A program made the position numbers and the translations under genes. A stretch of DNA of 61,199 nucleotides, from IMG/VR virus record IMGVR_UViG_3300032233_000543, positions 1 to 61,199 of that record, one strand, 5' to 3'. Every line of letters starts with the position of its first letter. The first letter of the stretch is position 1. The notes under the pieces were generated by a model. That model was not told the origin of the DNA. It saw only the letters and a program-made list of their open reading frames with translations, and did no database searches. Positions 47,847-58,260 of this stretch are shown in pieces. Origin of the DNA: a virus. Lineage: Duplodnaviria; Caudoviricetes.

Positions 47847-48860
47847 TTAACTCACCGTAAAAGTGCCGGAGCTTGTGAATGTATGGAAGTAGTATGTGCC
47901 GTCGCTGGTTTGAATGCCGCCACTACCACGATTTCCAGCGCTCATTAAATATCTGATAACTACAATACCCGAGCTTCCAGAACCGCTGTTCAAAACAGGA
48001 GCACCGGGGCCTTGACCCGCACCGCCACCACCACCACCATAATTTGCAGTTCCGCTTGTTGCGGCTTGATAAGATGGCTGATTAAGTCCGCCATCACCAC
48101 CGCCAGCTTGACCGATACCCACGGCCTGAGGTTGCCCAACAAAACCGTTGTCTGCGGGGCCACCACCACCACCTGCCCTAACAGTTCCCGCTATATCAGC
48201 GGTTCCAGCGCCACCATTGCCGCCATAAGTATAAAGCGGAGCAGGGAAACCATCTGCGAATCCATCAGCGCCAACGCCACCATTTCCACCACCGCCTCCA
48301 CCCGCCGAAGTTACAGGACCCGATTTTGGATCCGAGTATCCCGCAACGGATGTACCGCCTGCATTACCGTTTCCTGACGCGCCACCATTGCCAAGACGGG
48401 TCAATCTCCCCAAGCCGCCCTGACCGCCAGCAGATGTTGAACTTCTAAATGCTGATGATGTTCCATTACCACCATCAGCACCGCCCGATCCACTGACGCT
48501 ATTGCAGTTTACAGCAGCGCCGCCACCACCGACAGTTACTGAGTATGCGCCATTACTTAATGTATCACTACTTACGGTGATTAATTGGCCGCCACCGCCA
48601 CCGCCACCAACGCCACCCGGCTGGTTTGCTCCGCCGCCACCGCCACCGCCAACAACACTGTATGCAACAGTCAAGCCGACGCTAGGCGCTAATTGAGTGC
48701 CATAAAAATTACTAAATGAAATAGCGCCGGAGGGGAAATTAAATGGCCCCGCAGATGCGGTGTAATAAACAGTGCCGCGATATGCGTTTAAATTAAGGCC
48801 ACGCCCAAACTCCGCATTAATTGCAAGCAGTGATATAGGGCCAGAAGCGGGTAAAGGCAT
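47847..48860 (-). CDS. Glycine-rich tail/receptor-binding protein
   Basis: VVGGGGGGG, GSSGIVVIRY and HTFTSSGTF motifs. Confidence 0.75.
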   Translation of the reverse strand: MPLPASGPISLLAINAEFGRGLNLNAYRGTVYYTASAGPFNFPSGAISFSNFYGTQLAPSVGLTVAYSVVGGGGGGGANQPGGVGGGGGGGQLITVSSDTLSNGAYSVTVGGGGAAVNCNSVSGSGGADGGNGTSSAFRSSTSAGGQGGLGRLTRLGNGGASGNGNAGGTSVAGYSDPKSGPVTSAGGGGGGNGGVGADGFADGFPAPLYTYGGNGGAGTADIAGTVRAGGGGGPADNGFVGQPQAVGIGQAGGGDGGLNQPSYQAATSGTANYGGGGGGAGQGPGAPVLNSGSGSSGIVVIRYLMSAGNRGSGGIQTSDGTYYFHTFTSSGTFTVS

Positions 48861-49963
48861 TATTTACCCTTTAATTGTTTTTCCAAAGACACAACACGCT
48901 TAGCCAATTCAATCACAGCCGCCAGTGCCGCGTTGCCGTAAGCCACAGACATCAAACCACTTTCATTGTTTTGTACAGCGTCGGGCATTACTTTTTGGAG
49001 TGACCCAGCACCCACACCAACTTGCGTCATACCAGAGTCAATTCGATCAAAGATACCGCTTTGGATTTGGGCAAGCTGCTCAATAAAGTCTTCAGGAAAC
49101 CCACGCCAATTTGTCTTCAAGGTTTCATCAGAGTAGGCCGTAACGTTGCCGGCGCAGGTTAAGTTAGTACCATCAAACGTTAAGTTGGCTGAACCCGCAA
49201 ACGAGCCGCCAGAGTTATATTGCACCTGTGATGTTGAACCGCCGGGAGTGCCGCCACTAGCGGGGGTTGCCCAGACTCCATCACCACGCCAAAATGTGCT
49301 GGCTGAAGCGCTTGTCCCGCTGTTTAAATTAGCTGTAGACAAATTACCAGTAACGCTATTTGCCAAATTAACTGCAGTCCATGTGCCGTCACCGCGCCAA
49401 AAAGAAGTTGACGACGCTCCAGCGCCGTTATTTAGGTTGCTTACAGGTAAGTTGCCCGTGACATTAGTGGCCAAATTAACAAACGTTGTAGAGGTAGAAC
49501 CTGTACCGCCAGAGGCAACTGGAAGCGCAGCGCCAAGGGTCAGGCTAGATAAATAGCTAATCTGGTCACCAACGTCAGTGCCGTTGTTGTACACCACTGT
49601 GCGCCTACCGGCTGGGACTACAACGCCTGTTAAACCTGATACTTTTACCGTCACAGCAAAGCTGCTACCGTTGATAATCAAATAAGGTTTTTGAATAGCG
49701 GGGACGTTGATTGTGCCAGCTGCAGATACCGCTCCCGCCGCAATATTTAAACACAGCGCTCTGGCGTTTTGGGCAGCGTTGGTGTTTGTTAGAGTAAGAG
49801 TAGCTACGTTGGCTGCAAAATCGGATGATGTCAGCGTAGCCATACCCACAATCGCCTGCTCAATTGCAGTGCCAATATTCGTGTTCGTTGTATTGCCCCA
49901 CGCTCCAGACTGCTCACCAGTTGCAATCAGCTCAAATTTTAAATTGGAAAAAGTACTTGACAT
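48860..49963 (-). CDS. Tail fibre with C-terminal S74-type intramolecular chaperone
   Basis: AYSDETLK..., FWRGDG repeat x2, SVAYGN. Confidence 0.75.
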   Translation of the reverse strand: MSSTFSNLKFELIATGEQSGAWGNTTNTNIGTAIEQAIVGMATLTSSDFAANVATLTLTNTNAAQNARALCLNIAAGAVSAAGTINVPAIQKPYLIINGSSFAVTVKVSGLTGVVVPAGRRTVVYNNGTDVGDQISYLSSLTLGAALPVASGGTGSTSTTFVNLATNVTGNLPVSNLNNGAGASSTSFWRGDGTWTAVNLANSVTGNLSTANLNSGTSASASTFWRGDGVWATPASGGTPGGSTSQVQYNSGGSFAGSANLTFDGTNLTCAGNVTAYSDETLKTNWRGFPEDFIEQLAQIQSGIFDRIDSGMTQVGVGAGSLQKVMPDAVQNNESGLMSVAYGNAALAAVIELAKRVVSLEKQLKGK

Positions 49964-49996
49964 GTGCGTCCTTACATTTAGGGTATTTTTGCAGGT

Positions 49997-50923
49997 TTAT
50001 GCAACAATTTCTTGCCAATTTGGAGCTTGTGTGTCGTCAATTTGAACCCACACATTTGTGGCGGGATTGTATGTTGCGTTTAGTGGCCCGGTAAATGATA
50101 GCGTCCCAAAACTGGATCCCGCAAATACCGCATAGTCGTTAATTGTAAATACTTTAATAATGTCTGTCCATACCACGTTTGAGTCGTCATTAATCGGCTC
50201 CCAAAGCAAACGACGGGTTACAACATCTTGGGCAAGCAAAACTTCCTGCACCAACGCACGGAATTGGACGGCGGAAAACGGACTATCTTGTAAAGCCGCC
50301 GCCTCGGAAATCGCGGTAGCAAAACCTACTAGCGCTGACTCGACCGCATTTGCCGACACAGCCTCTGAAACCGAAGCAGGCAAATTAAGTACGGCCACCT
50401 CCAGCGGTGTGCCAGTGACACTCTCATCGACAAAACTATTAAATGCAAACGAAGCCACTACGCTGTCAGACGCTTGGCTACTTTCTGAAACTAGCGGCGT
50501 GAAATTGGCAATCGTTGATCCGGTCGCATCCCCTGTAGCAGTCTCAGCTATGGTCACCGCATAGTTGGGTAGGGATGAGAATATGGCGTCAGCCAGCGCC
50601 GTGTCTGCAAAAGATACAGGGAACGTTGCCCGCGCTAACGCCACATCATCTGCCGTTGCCGTGTCGCTCAAGCTAGCTCCAAACACCAGCGTTGTGTTCA
50701 GCGTGTCAAGGGCTGTGGCTGTTTCAGAAATGTTAGATGTAAATGTGAGCGATGAAGTTGTGGTGTCTGCCGCCACGCCACTATCGGCTACCTGCGCGGT
50801 GAAGTCGGCAAATGCATCGATTACGTCCGCCCCCTGCGCAGATTCAAGGACTGAACTGGCGTAGATTGACCCGACTTCCGCAGTAGCGAAAGGTGCTTGG
50901 GCAAAGGCGAACGTTCCGAACAT
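49997..50923 (-). CDS. Structural/tail protein with acidic A/S/T repeats
   Basis: MFG..FAQAPFA start; roughly 19-aa periodic repeats. Confidence 0.6.
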   Translation of the reverse strand: MFGTFAFAQAPFATAEVGSIYASSVLESAQGADVIDAFADFTAQVADSGVAADTTTSSLTFTSNISETATALDTLNTTLVFGASLSDTATADDVALARATFPVSFADTALADAIFSSLPNYAVTIAETATGDATGSTIANFTPLVSESSQASDSVVASFAFNSFVDESVTGTPLEVAVLNLPASVSEAVSANAVESALVGFATAISEAAALQDSPFSAVQFRALVQEVLLAQDVVTRRLLWEPINDDSNVVWTDIIKVFTINDYAVFAGSSFGTLSFTGPLNATYNPATNVWVQIDDTQAPNWQEIVA

Positions 50924-50987
50924 TCAGATTAACTTGTAACTTCTAATTTACTTTTATGCGCCACCAAGCTCGGGTGGTGGCTTCCCG

Positions 50988-51959
50988 TTACAGATTAGCG
51001 GCATCTAAACGAGCCTTGAGTGATTCAATGATTGCTTGTTGTTCTTGTATGGCTTTGACCAATGTAGGAATTAAGTTGGCATTGACTGCTTTATAAGGCT
51101 CTTCACCTTCGGGCGCAGGGTCTTTCCATATATCAATCATGTCAGGCAAAACTTGTTCAAACTCTTGTGCAATAAAACCACGAGCATTTTTAATGTCTGC
51201 CCCTTTGCCTTCTTTCCAATCAAATTTGCGAGGCTTTAAAGCCAGAACAACATTAAGACCATCATCTAAATCACGAATGTTTTCTTTAAGTCGTTGGTCT
51301 GAAATGGCTGTTATAGCTGTGTTTGTTGCAAAAACAGTTCCAGCCAAACCCACATAAAAACGGTAATTGGTTGCGGTGGACGAATAGACATTGAGGGTAT
51401 CCAATGAGTTTGTTGAAGATGCCATTGTAAAAACAGCATATCCATTTGGCTTGGCCTCAACACCAACAACACCAAGGCTTGTTGCTGTTTTCCCCACCAG
51501 CAAGTTACCGCTTGAGTCTAGAGTCATTGCCTGAGTAAAGGTAATGGCGTTTCCTGCTGTGCCTGATGCGGCTGTACGCCAAATGTGACCACCACTACTT
51601 GATGACTGGAAATAATCTAACGCAAATCCGTTTCTGCTGTATATGTAATTGCCTGAAGAATTGTAAAACGCATTGTTGATTAGCCCCAATCCAAAAGTGG
51701 AATATGACCAAAGAGAACCACCATTAAGTTGTAAGGCTCTTTCGCTATTAGCAGTTCCCCAAGCACTCGGAGTAACTCCCAAGCCTAGATTGCCTGCCGA
51801 GTCAATCCGCATAGACTCCACGCCGCCTTCAGCAAAAGCAATGGTGTCAGCGGCAGGGAAGAATATGCCCGTGTTTGCATCAGTACCTCTAATAGCAGGG
51901 GTTGCGGCAGAACCGTCAACATCTGATAAACCATCTGTTCCAGAGAGAATTAAACTCAT
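50988..51959 (-). CDS. Tail fibre with peptidase S74 chaperone domain
   Basis: MRIDSAGN, SDQRLKENI, GFIAQE and LVKAIQE motifs. Confidence 0.85.
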   Translation of the reverse strand: MSLILSGTDGLSDVDGSAATPAIRGTDANTGIFFPAADTIAFAEGGVESMRIDSAGNLGLGVTPSAWGTANSERALQLNGGSLWSYSTFGLGLINNAFYNSSGNYIYSRNGFALDYFQSSSSGGHIWRTAASGTAGNAITFTQAMTLDSSGNLLVGKTATSLGVVGVEAKPNGYAVFTMASSTNSLDTLNVYSSTATNYRFYVGLAGTVFATNTAITAISDQRLKENIRDLDDGLNVVLALKPRKFDWKEGKGADIKNARGFIAQEFEQVLPDMIDIWKDPAPEGEEPYKAVNANLIPTLVKAIQEQQAIIESLKARLDAANL

Positions 51960-52126
51960 GATTGCACCTCGTCAGCAGGGGTTGGAGTGTTGCCTTCGCT
52001 TACCCACTTTAGGTAGGCTTGGTAGTCGGTGTTGTCGGGGTCTATGGGGATAGAAATAAGCGGATTATTAATAAGCCCAATAGACACTATTTTTCCTGAT
52101 AAATTATCTTTTTGTAATTTATACAT
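51956..52126 (-). CDS. Small tail-fibre assembly-like protein, copy 2 (not in ORF track)
   Basis: 56 aa: MYKL...IPIDPDNTDYQAYLKWVSEGNTP. Confidence 0.75.
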   Translation of the reverse strand: MYKLQKDNLSGKIVSIGLINNPLISIPIDPDNTDYQAYLKWVSEGNTPTPADEVQS

Positions 52127-52127
52127 T

Positions 52128-53222
52128 TTATAATTCCGATGAATAGGTTATAAATGATGCGACATTGTCAATAATAACTGCCGCACGACCGACTACCAAG
52201 CCGCCAGCAGAAGCGGCCAAAACTAAAGAAGCACCCCAAAAATTAGAAGTATTATTAACTATACTAGTAGTTGCTACTGCAGTACTGCCGTCATATATTC
52301 TAGGGTTTGAAGTTCCGCCTATTGCCGCTGTTGGGGAAGAACGCATTGGAACAGGAAATCTCATTCCACACCTATTTGCGTCTGTTGCAGTTGAAATAAC
52401 TCCACATAAAAATGTAGCAGTAACAGTCTCTTGTAAATCTTTGACAAAATACCGCTGACACAACGCCAACTCAGTACCATACGAACGATAGTCAAATGAT
52501 GTGGCTACAGTTCCTACTTCTAGTTGGACACCTGTGATGTAGAAGGTAGCGCCAGTTGTTGCCACCACATTTGTTGCGCCCGTAGCAGACCGGTAGTCAG
52601 CCGCCGCCCATGCGCCAGCAGTGCCGTTAAAGGTAGAACCATTGCCAAGACCAATATACAAAATAATTCCAACGCCATTTGTCGTTAGCCAAGTGCCAGA
52701 TGTGTCGCCAGCAATAGTGACTGTTTTTTGTTCGTAAGTGTTAGCGGCGTTGATGGTATAGGTAAACGGATATGAACGATCACCAGCCGAATTTTGCAAA
52801 GCCCCACCAAATGTCCCTGTCAGGCTTGAGCGAACCCAAAACGATAAAGTTACTGTAGCCGCGCTTGCAGTGCCCCAAGCAAAATCATAAACATTTAACC
52901 CTTCGATTGGTTGTTGAATGTAATTACGACCACCAGAAGCTGGCGCTGCGCCTGTGCCAATCGTGACAATAAGAGAGTTTTTAAACCCTGTTGGAACTGT
53001 TGTTGATTGCTGTGTAGTGTTGCCAGTACCTGTGTCAGTTCGCACTAACCAGCGGTCAAGTGTGTACGCATTACCAGCGGCGACACTCGCCCCCGCATTC
53101 CTCTGGTCAATCACCATAGCGCCATTGATGATGCGGTTCTTAAAGGACGAAGCATTACCAGCGCCTAGCGTAAAGCCAGACTGCGTGGTTAGCTGTTCAG
53201 CGTTAATCGTGCCGTATGCCAT
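52128..53222 (-). CDS. Tail fibre/carbohydrate-binding-like protein, paralog 2
   Basis: KNRIING.M.IDQRN, ITGVQLE.G and ELALCQRY motifs. Confidence 0.8.
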   Translation of the reverse strand: MAYGTINAEQLTTQSGFTLGAGNASSFKNRIINGAMVIDQRNAGASVAAGNAYTLDRWLVRTDTGTGNTTQQSTTVPTGFKNSLIVTIGTGAAPASGGRNYIQQPIEGLNVYDFAWGTASAATVTLSFWVRSSLTGTFGGALQNSAGDRSYPFTYTINAANTYEQKTVTIAGDTSGTWLTTNGVGIILYIGLGNGSTFNGTAGAWAAADYRSATGATNVVATTGATFYITGVQLEVGTVATSFDYRSYGTELALCQRYFVKDLQETVTATFLCGVISTATDANRCGMRFPVPMRSSPTAAIGGTSNPRIYDGSTAVATTSIVNNTSNFWGASLVLAASAGGLVVGRAAVIIDNVASFITYSSEL

Positions 53223-53224
53223 AT

Positions 53225-53395
53225 TTATGCTCCTTGCTCATCTGCTGGAAGAGGTGTGTTGCCCTCTGCAAGCCATTTGAGGTATTGTTGGTAGTCGGTG
53301 TTGGCTGGGTCGAATGGGATAAAGGCGTTGTCAACCAAACGAATAACTGCTTGTGATTCAGTTGCGCCTAAAGGAGGTTTGTTCAATTTGTACAT
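53225..53395 (-). CDS. Small tail-fibre assembly-like protein, copy 1 (not in ORF track)
   Basis: 56 aa: MYKL...[23 protein letters not shown]. Confidence 0.75.
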   Translation of the reverse strand: MYKLNKPPLGATESQAVIRLVDNAFIPFDPANTDYQQYLKWLAEGNTPLPADEQGA

Positions 53396-54469
53396 TTACA
53401 ACTCCGCAGAAGCAGTTACAGAAAAGTTTGCAGTAGTGCTATAAGACGCATTGAAACCATATAGCGATTGCGCGTTAATAGTCCCGCTACTTAAAACAAT
53501 AGTTGGGTTAGATCGCATTTGAACAGGCCACCAAGCAGATGTGTATTGAGTGCCGTTGTAAATTAAGTTAGCCCCATTGTTTTGATAATACCGTTGACAC
53601 AAAGCCAACTCAGTGCCGTAGCTACGGAAGTCAAACGATGTGGCTTGAGTGCCTTTTTCAAGCTGTACGCCTGTGATGTAAAAGGTAGCATTGACTGTAG
53701 AAATCAATTGAACAGAACCTGTTGCTCCAAAAGATTGTGCGCCAACCCAAGCGTTTGCAGTGTTAAGCCTTGTTGAACCAGTGCCAAGGTCAAAATTTAT
53801 GTAGATTCCAACGCCATTAGTAGTTAACCAAGTACCACTTGTATCACCAGCAATTGTTATGCTAATGTTTGTCCAAGTGTTTGCTGATGCAATTGAGTAT
53901 GTAAATGGGTAACTTCTATCTTCGGCAGAATTTTCTAATGCACCAGAAAATGTGCCTGTAACACTTGAACGAACCTTAAACGACAAAGTTACTGAAGCCG
54001 CAGTTTTCCCAGCGGCGGCGGCTGTTGCACCCCAATTCAAATCAGCAACATTTAACCCCTCAATTGCATGACGCAACAAATAATAGTCACCAGCGGCAAT
54101 TGATGCATCAGCAGTACTGACCGTTGTAAAGATGCTATTGATGAAATCAGTTGGCGCTGTAGAAGATTGTTGCGATGTCAAAACACCGCCGCCAGACATT
54201 AATTGATTAAACCGGTCAACAGGATATGCCCCGTTGGTATTTACACTAGCCCCCGCATTTCTCTGGTCAATCACCATCCCGCCATTAATGATGCGGTTCT
54301 CAAAGCCAAAGGTATTTAAGGAGCTGATTGAGCCTGTGGTCGATAAGTTAGCGCCAGTGGCTGTCAATGCTGTCGTACCATTTGACTGAAGTTGCAGTAC
54401 ACCAGAGGCATCACCACTGGAGATTAGACCCCCAGAGCCAGTGCTTAATGCGTTAATCGTTGAAGCCAT
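53396..54469 (-). CDS. Tail fibre/carbohydrate-binding-like protein, paralog 1
   Basis: Same motifs as 52128-53222. Confidence 0.8.
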   Translation of the reverse strand: MASTINALSTGSGGLISSGDASGVLQLQSNGTTALTATGANLSTTGSISSLNTFGFENRIINGGMVIDQRNAGASVNTNGAYPVDRFNQLMSGGGVLTSQQSSTAPTDFINSIFTTVSTADASIAAGDYYLLRHAIEGLNVADLNWGATAAAAGKTAASVTLSFKVRSSVTGTFSGALENSAEDRSYPFTYSIASANTWTNISITIAGDTSGTWLTTNGVGIYINFDLGTGSTRLNTANAWVGAQSFGATGSVQLISTVNATFYITGVQLEKGTQATSFDFRSYGTELALCQRYYQNNGANLIYNGTQYTSAWWPVQMRSNPTIVLSSGTINAQSLYGFNASYSTTANFSVTASAEL

Positions 54470-54478
54470 TTTCTATCC

Positions 54479-55525
54479 TTATTGAACGAGCCAGCGTTGA
54501 CCACTGGAAATAGTTACAGACTGACCTGATGCAACAGTGATCGGGCCGACAGAGAATGCGTTGTAACCACTTGCAATGGTGTAACTTGCGCTTACTGTAG
54601 TTGCATTCAAAAGCAGGCCGTTGCTTGCGGCAATCTCAGAGGCCTGCAACTCACCAGTCGAAGGCTTGTACAGGAACTTAGCGTTCGATGTATACAGCGT
54701 CGATGCCGTGCCAGTTGTAGCAGAGGCAGACAGCGGGTAGATGTTTGTAGCAGTCGACGTGTCGTTGCTCAGTGCCGCGCCACCCACAGATGCCCATGTT
54801 GTACCGTTGTAGCCTTCAAACTCGGTGCTAGTGGTGTTAAACCGAAGCATACCGCTTACGGCAGTTGGACGCTGTCCAGTCGTGCCCTTACTGATTGTTA
54901 AAGCACCGGTCGAGCTGAAAGTTGAATCAGAGGAAGCCGTCACACTGGTGAATGCGCCCGTGTTTGCAGTTGTTGCGCCAACAGTGCCGTTAATGTTAAT
55001 GCTTGCTGTGCCTGTGAGGTTGGTAACCACGCCAGAGGACGGTGTACCAAGAGCAGGAGTTACTAAAGTGGGTGAGGTGGCAAGAACATTATCGCCTGTA
55101 CCCGTGTTGGTCACGCTAACTATTTGTTTGCTAGCGTTGAGCGCCAGAGCTGTAGACACTGTGAGACCGGAAATTGTGATTCCGGGGACTGTAGTGTTTG
55201 CAGCCGTGTCCAAGTACACCGCACGCTGTGATGGCTGAGTACAGATAACGTCTTTAGAACCTGCGGAAAAGTTAACCAGACTGCCCGAGTTACTGGAGGA
55301 CAGCACTGTGGTCCGACTAAGCGTATTGCCACTGGATGTGTATGTTCCAAGACCGACTTCCCACTCGTTTAGTGCCAAGTTAGAAATCGCATAATACGTG
55401 GTATTGCTATTACCAATAGCTGCCAAGAAAGTTTGGAAGCCCGGGTATGCTCCCGCCAGCACTACTGACCCCGTGCCGGTAGTTGTAGAGGTTTCCCGAA
55501 CACGATCAGCAAGAACAAGCGCCAT
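54479..55525 (-). CDS. Tail fibre/structural protein
   Basis: DRVRETSTTTGTG, WEVGLG and GMLRFNT..FEGY motifs. Confidence 0.7.
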   Translation of the reverse strand: MALVLADRVRETSTTTGTGSVVLAGAYPGFQTFLAAIGNSNTTYYAISNLALNEWEVGLGTYTSSGNTLSRTTVLSSSNSGSLVNFSAGSKDVICTQPSQRAVYLDTAANTTVPGITISGLTVSTALALNASKQIVSVTNTGTGDNVLATSPTLVTPALGTPSSGVVTNLTGTASININGTVGATTANTGAFTSVTASSDSTFSSTGALTISKGTTGQRPTAVSGMLRFNTTSTEFEGYNGTTWASVGGAALSNDTSTATNIYPLSASATTGTASTLYTSNAKFLYKPSTGELQASEIAASNGLLLNATTVSASYTIASGYNAFSVGPITVASGQSVTISSGQRWLVQ

Positions 55526-55526
55526 A

Positions 55527-55706
55527 TTAAACTCCGATTAAATCATTTTCTGCAAACCAACGCTGTTGCGTACCGCCGTTACTGTCTACCCACTCGATCA
55601 AATAAAATATCTGACCTTCGTCATCCATCCGTAGCGAAAGTACCGGGCCTTGCGGCACGGTTTGGTTTACTTTGACTACGTCGCCTTTTTTAAATGCGGT
55701 TGCCAT
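55527..55706 (-). CDS. 59-aa hypothetical protein (not in ORF track)
   Basis: MATAFKKGDVV...QRWFAENDL; AAGGAG RBS. Confidence 0.7.
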   Translation of the reverse strand: MATAFKKGDVVKVNQTVPQGPVLSLRMDDEGQIFYLIEWVDSNGGTQQRWFAENDLIGV

Positions 55707-55715
55707 GTTGGCTCC

Positions 55716-56300
55716 TTATGCAGCATCAAGGCTGAATGAATACGTGACATTCAAGGTGTCACCAGACACCACCGAACGATCACCGGGAGCAGCAAAGTCT
55801 GCTGCAGAGAACAATGTGCCCGTTGTACCGCTCTTGGTATTGCTAGTGGTTAAGAACGCGCCGCCAACTGTAGTGGTAGCATTAATGCTGAACACCGCAG
55901 GGGATGCTGAGTTTGTAATAACAGACGGGTCGGCAGTAGATGCCGCTGCAAAAGTAGCCACTGGGCGAGTTGCTTGGCTGTAAGCCACAACCTCAGTCCA
56001 TCCAGCGTGAGAAGACATTGTGTCGCCCGCAGCGGGAGTATTTGTAGCACCCGAGCCGTATATACCAATGTACCAAGCAGCCGTATAGGCGCTGCCGGTG
56101 AAGTACTTGTCGTTCATGTCTTTGAGGCCGACGTTGACCACGAGGTTGTGTTTACTAGTTTCCCACTTTAGAAGGCCATCTTTGTCACGGCACTGAATGG
56201 TAAACACACCGCCTGCTTTAGCGCAGGTATCGGACTTGTTTGCGCTGCTCACAGCGCTAGAAAATTTGTCTTCGGCGTGGCTGTTATTAAAAGTAGACAT
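55716..56300 (-). CDS. Structural protein
   Basis: NLVVNVG and GDTLNVTY motifs. Confidence 0.65.
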   Translation of the reverse strand: MSTFNNSHAEDKFSSAVSSANKSDTCAKAGGVFTIQCRDKDGLLKWETSKHNLVVNVGLKDMNDKYFTGSAYTAAWYIGIYGSGATNTPAAGDTMSSHAGWTEVVAYSQATRPVATFAAASTADPSVITNSASPAVFSINATTTVGGAFLTTSNTKSGTTGTLFSAADFAAPGDRSVVSGDTLNVTYSFSLDAA

Positions 56301-56312
56301 GAAAGATCCTGT

Positions 56313-56765
56313 TTAATTAATACGCACAATGGCGCTGTTGGCATCGGCTGTTGGGAAAGTGACTTGGAAATTGTCACCAACTGTAGTTTTATCTGAACCA
56401 AAGTCCAGAACTGCTACTGATTTATTACCCTGTGTAGAGTTATAAATTAATGCACCACGACAAGTCAACGTAACGTTTGTCCAAGTACTTGTGGCAAATG
56501 AAATAAACGCTGTTGGGACGTTTGCGGAGTTATTACCAGAAGTTGGTGCTACTGAAATCACCAAAACATTCCCACCAGCTGTGTAACCTGTACCACTGCT
56601 AGACACTTCATTGGTGGTTGTGTAAACGGTAGTACCAGCACCCAAATCTGCGGCTGCAGTATACAAAGCAATCTTAAAAGTATTGGCTGATGTTGGGCCA
56701 AAATTGTGAACCCCTTGAAGGAGCTCAACCTTAAAGCTTGTGGTTGCAGTTTGTAGAATGCTCAT
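56313..56765 (-). CDS. Structural protein
   Basis: SFKVELL.G.H.F, FKIALYT, GYTAGG and VLDFG motifs. Confidence 0.7.
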   Translation of the reverse strand: MSILQTATTSFKVELLQGVHNFGPTSANTFKIALYTAAADLGAGTTVYTTTNEVSSSGTGYTAGGNVLVISVAPTSGNNSANVPTAFISFATSTWTNVTLTCRGALIYNSTQGNKSVAVLDFGSDKTTVGDNFQVTFPTADANSAIVRIN

Positions 56766-57415
56766 GATACAGAGACCCTTACCTGACCATCACGATACGC
56801 ATCCATGCGTTGCTTACCATCCGCCAGATTTTTATACAAAGCAATAGCTTGAACATAACGGTCTTGGGCAACTTTTAACATGTCGCCTTCACCCTTCATG
56901 TAAACCAATGCCTCACAAATTGTGCCGTACAACAACACAGAATCAAAGTTATCACCGAGCCATGTGGTGTTAGCGGTAACAATCGACTGAGGGTAGTAGT
57001 AATAATGCAATTCAACGTTGTAGTTGGCATCAGGCGTAGGGCCTAAAATAAATGACAACTCATTTGGGTTACCTGATTGCGGTCCAAAGATGGCGTAATG
57101 TTTTGGCTTGCCCAATGAATTTGGGTTTGGGTACGCATCACGAATAAAATTCACATCTTTGTTTAGCAAGTACACAAAGTCGCCACCAGCAGCTGGGTAG
57201 ATGGCGATTGAATACGTTGAAAGAAAATCTTCCGGCGCACTCAAATACTTGTTGTTAGCGGTCAACGAGCCTTCTACGTTTCTTCTCAAATTAGCGGGTT
57301 GCGCAGTGTTGTAAACGCGCTGCTCCGCCTGCTGAATGAACGTATTCATGTCAGTTGTTGGGAAAGAGTTTTCGCAGTAATTGTTTACTGCGGTAACCAA
57401 CTGCGTGTAATTCAT
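56762..57415 (-). CDS. Putative head-tail adaptor/tail tubular protein
   Basis: FIQQAEQR, G.PKHY, LGPTPD and LLYG motifs. Confidence 0.65.
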   Translation of the reverse strand: MNYTQLVTAVNNYCENSFPTTDMNTFIQQAEQRVYNTAQPANLRRNVEGSLTANNKYLSAPEDFLSTYSIAIYPAAGGDFVYLLNKDVNFIRDAYPNPNSLGKPKHYAIFGPQSGNPNELSFILGPTPDANYNVELHYYYYPQSIVTANTTWLGDNFDSVLLYGTICEALVYMKGEGDMLKVAQDRYVQAIALYKNLADGKQRMDAYRDGQVRVSVS

Positions 57416-57675
57416 GCCATCGGGCCCCGTGACATCACGCCTTTAGTAGCTGCGCCAGTACCGCGCATTTTGATGCCAGTTGTCTTAGTTGCTGGCTGCG
57501 CACGACGAGAAATATTACCAACAGACATGTTAACTGTATTTGCATCGCTGTGGTCAGGGCCTGAGCCGGGATTATCGGTAGCCTTAACAACTTTACCAGT
57601 CATGGTGTGTGGCTTGGCATAGACTTTGGCATCGCCAACTTCTTTACCCATTAATTTTTTGCTAAATGTAGCCAT
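57412..57675 (-). CDS. Small basic protein
   Basis: RGTGAATKG motif; coupled. Confidence 0.7.
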   Translation of the reverse strand: MATFSKKLMGKEVGDAKVYAKPHTMTGKVVKATDNPGSGPDHSDANTVNMSVGNISRRAQPATKTTGIKMRGTGAATKGVMSRGPMA

Positions 57676-57677
57676 GA

Positions 57678-57866
57678 TTAGCCTCTTTTCTGTGCGGCAA
57701 TTTTTGCCAAGTTGCGACCCATTGACTTCATGTCTGCATTGGTCTTACCGCCGCCCTTGCCTTTACCACCGTGCATCATTTTAGCAACGGGGCCGCTATC
57801 GCCGTAGTTTTTGCCAACGGTTTTGCCTTGTTTAGCGATGCCGTCTGCTGATTTTGTGAATGCCAT
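57678..57866 (-). CDS. Small basic protein
   Basis: ADGIAKQGKT and MMHGG; GGAG RBS. Confidence 0.65.
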   Translation of the reverse strand: MAFTKSADGIAKQGKTVGKNYGDSGPVAKMMHGGKGKGGGKTNADMKSMGRNLAKIAAQKRG

Positions 57867-57867
57867 T

Positions 57868-58260
57868 TTAAGCTCCTGTAGTTATCGTGACTGTACCAAT
57901 TTGTACGCCCAATGCCAAGTAGTTTGGCGTTAATAAATTATCAAAGAATCTTGAACCACCAACCGGGGCCCAACCCCACTGAATGTCTCGTGAACCACCC
58001 GAGACATACCCATTGACGTTAACGCCAGAAGTCACATAAGTCGTGTCTTTGCGTGGGTTACGCAAAGCCTGCGGGTCCTCAACTGGAAATGTACCTAACA
58101 TAAGCTGTGGCTGATCGGGGTCCCAGCACGTAGGGCATACCAACAACTCGTACTTACGTTGCTTAATGATCTCAGTCTTAAGCGTCTTCAATCTAAACTG
58201 TTGGCCGCAGCGATCACATTCAGCAATCGCTATCTTGCCGGATGCAAATCTATTGCCCAT
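57868..58260 (-). CDS. Zinc-finger hypothetical protein
   Basis: CDRCG...VCPTCWD..QPQ. Confidence 0.75.
   Translation of the reverse strand: MGNRFASGKIAIAECDRCGQQFRLKTLKTEIIKQRKYELLVCPTCWDPDQPQLMLGTFPVEDPQALRNPRKDTTYVTSGVNVNGYVSGGSRDIQWGWAPVGGSRFFDNLLTPNYLALGVQIGTVTITTGA

Noticed and set aside
50930-50954. Additional copy of the 22-bp motif
   Set aside because: AACTTGTAACTTCTAATTTACTTT matches only partly and has the wrong spacing.
47847-55525. Diversity-generating retroelement or invertible fibre switch
   Set aside because: I see no reverse transcriptase, no template repeat with adenine-specific differences, and no invertase or inverted cassettes.
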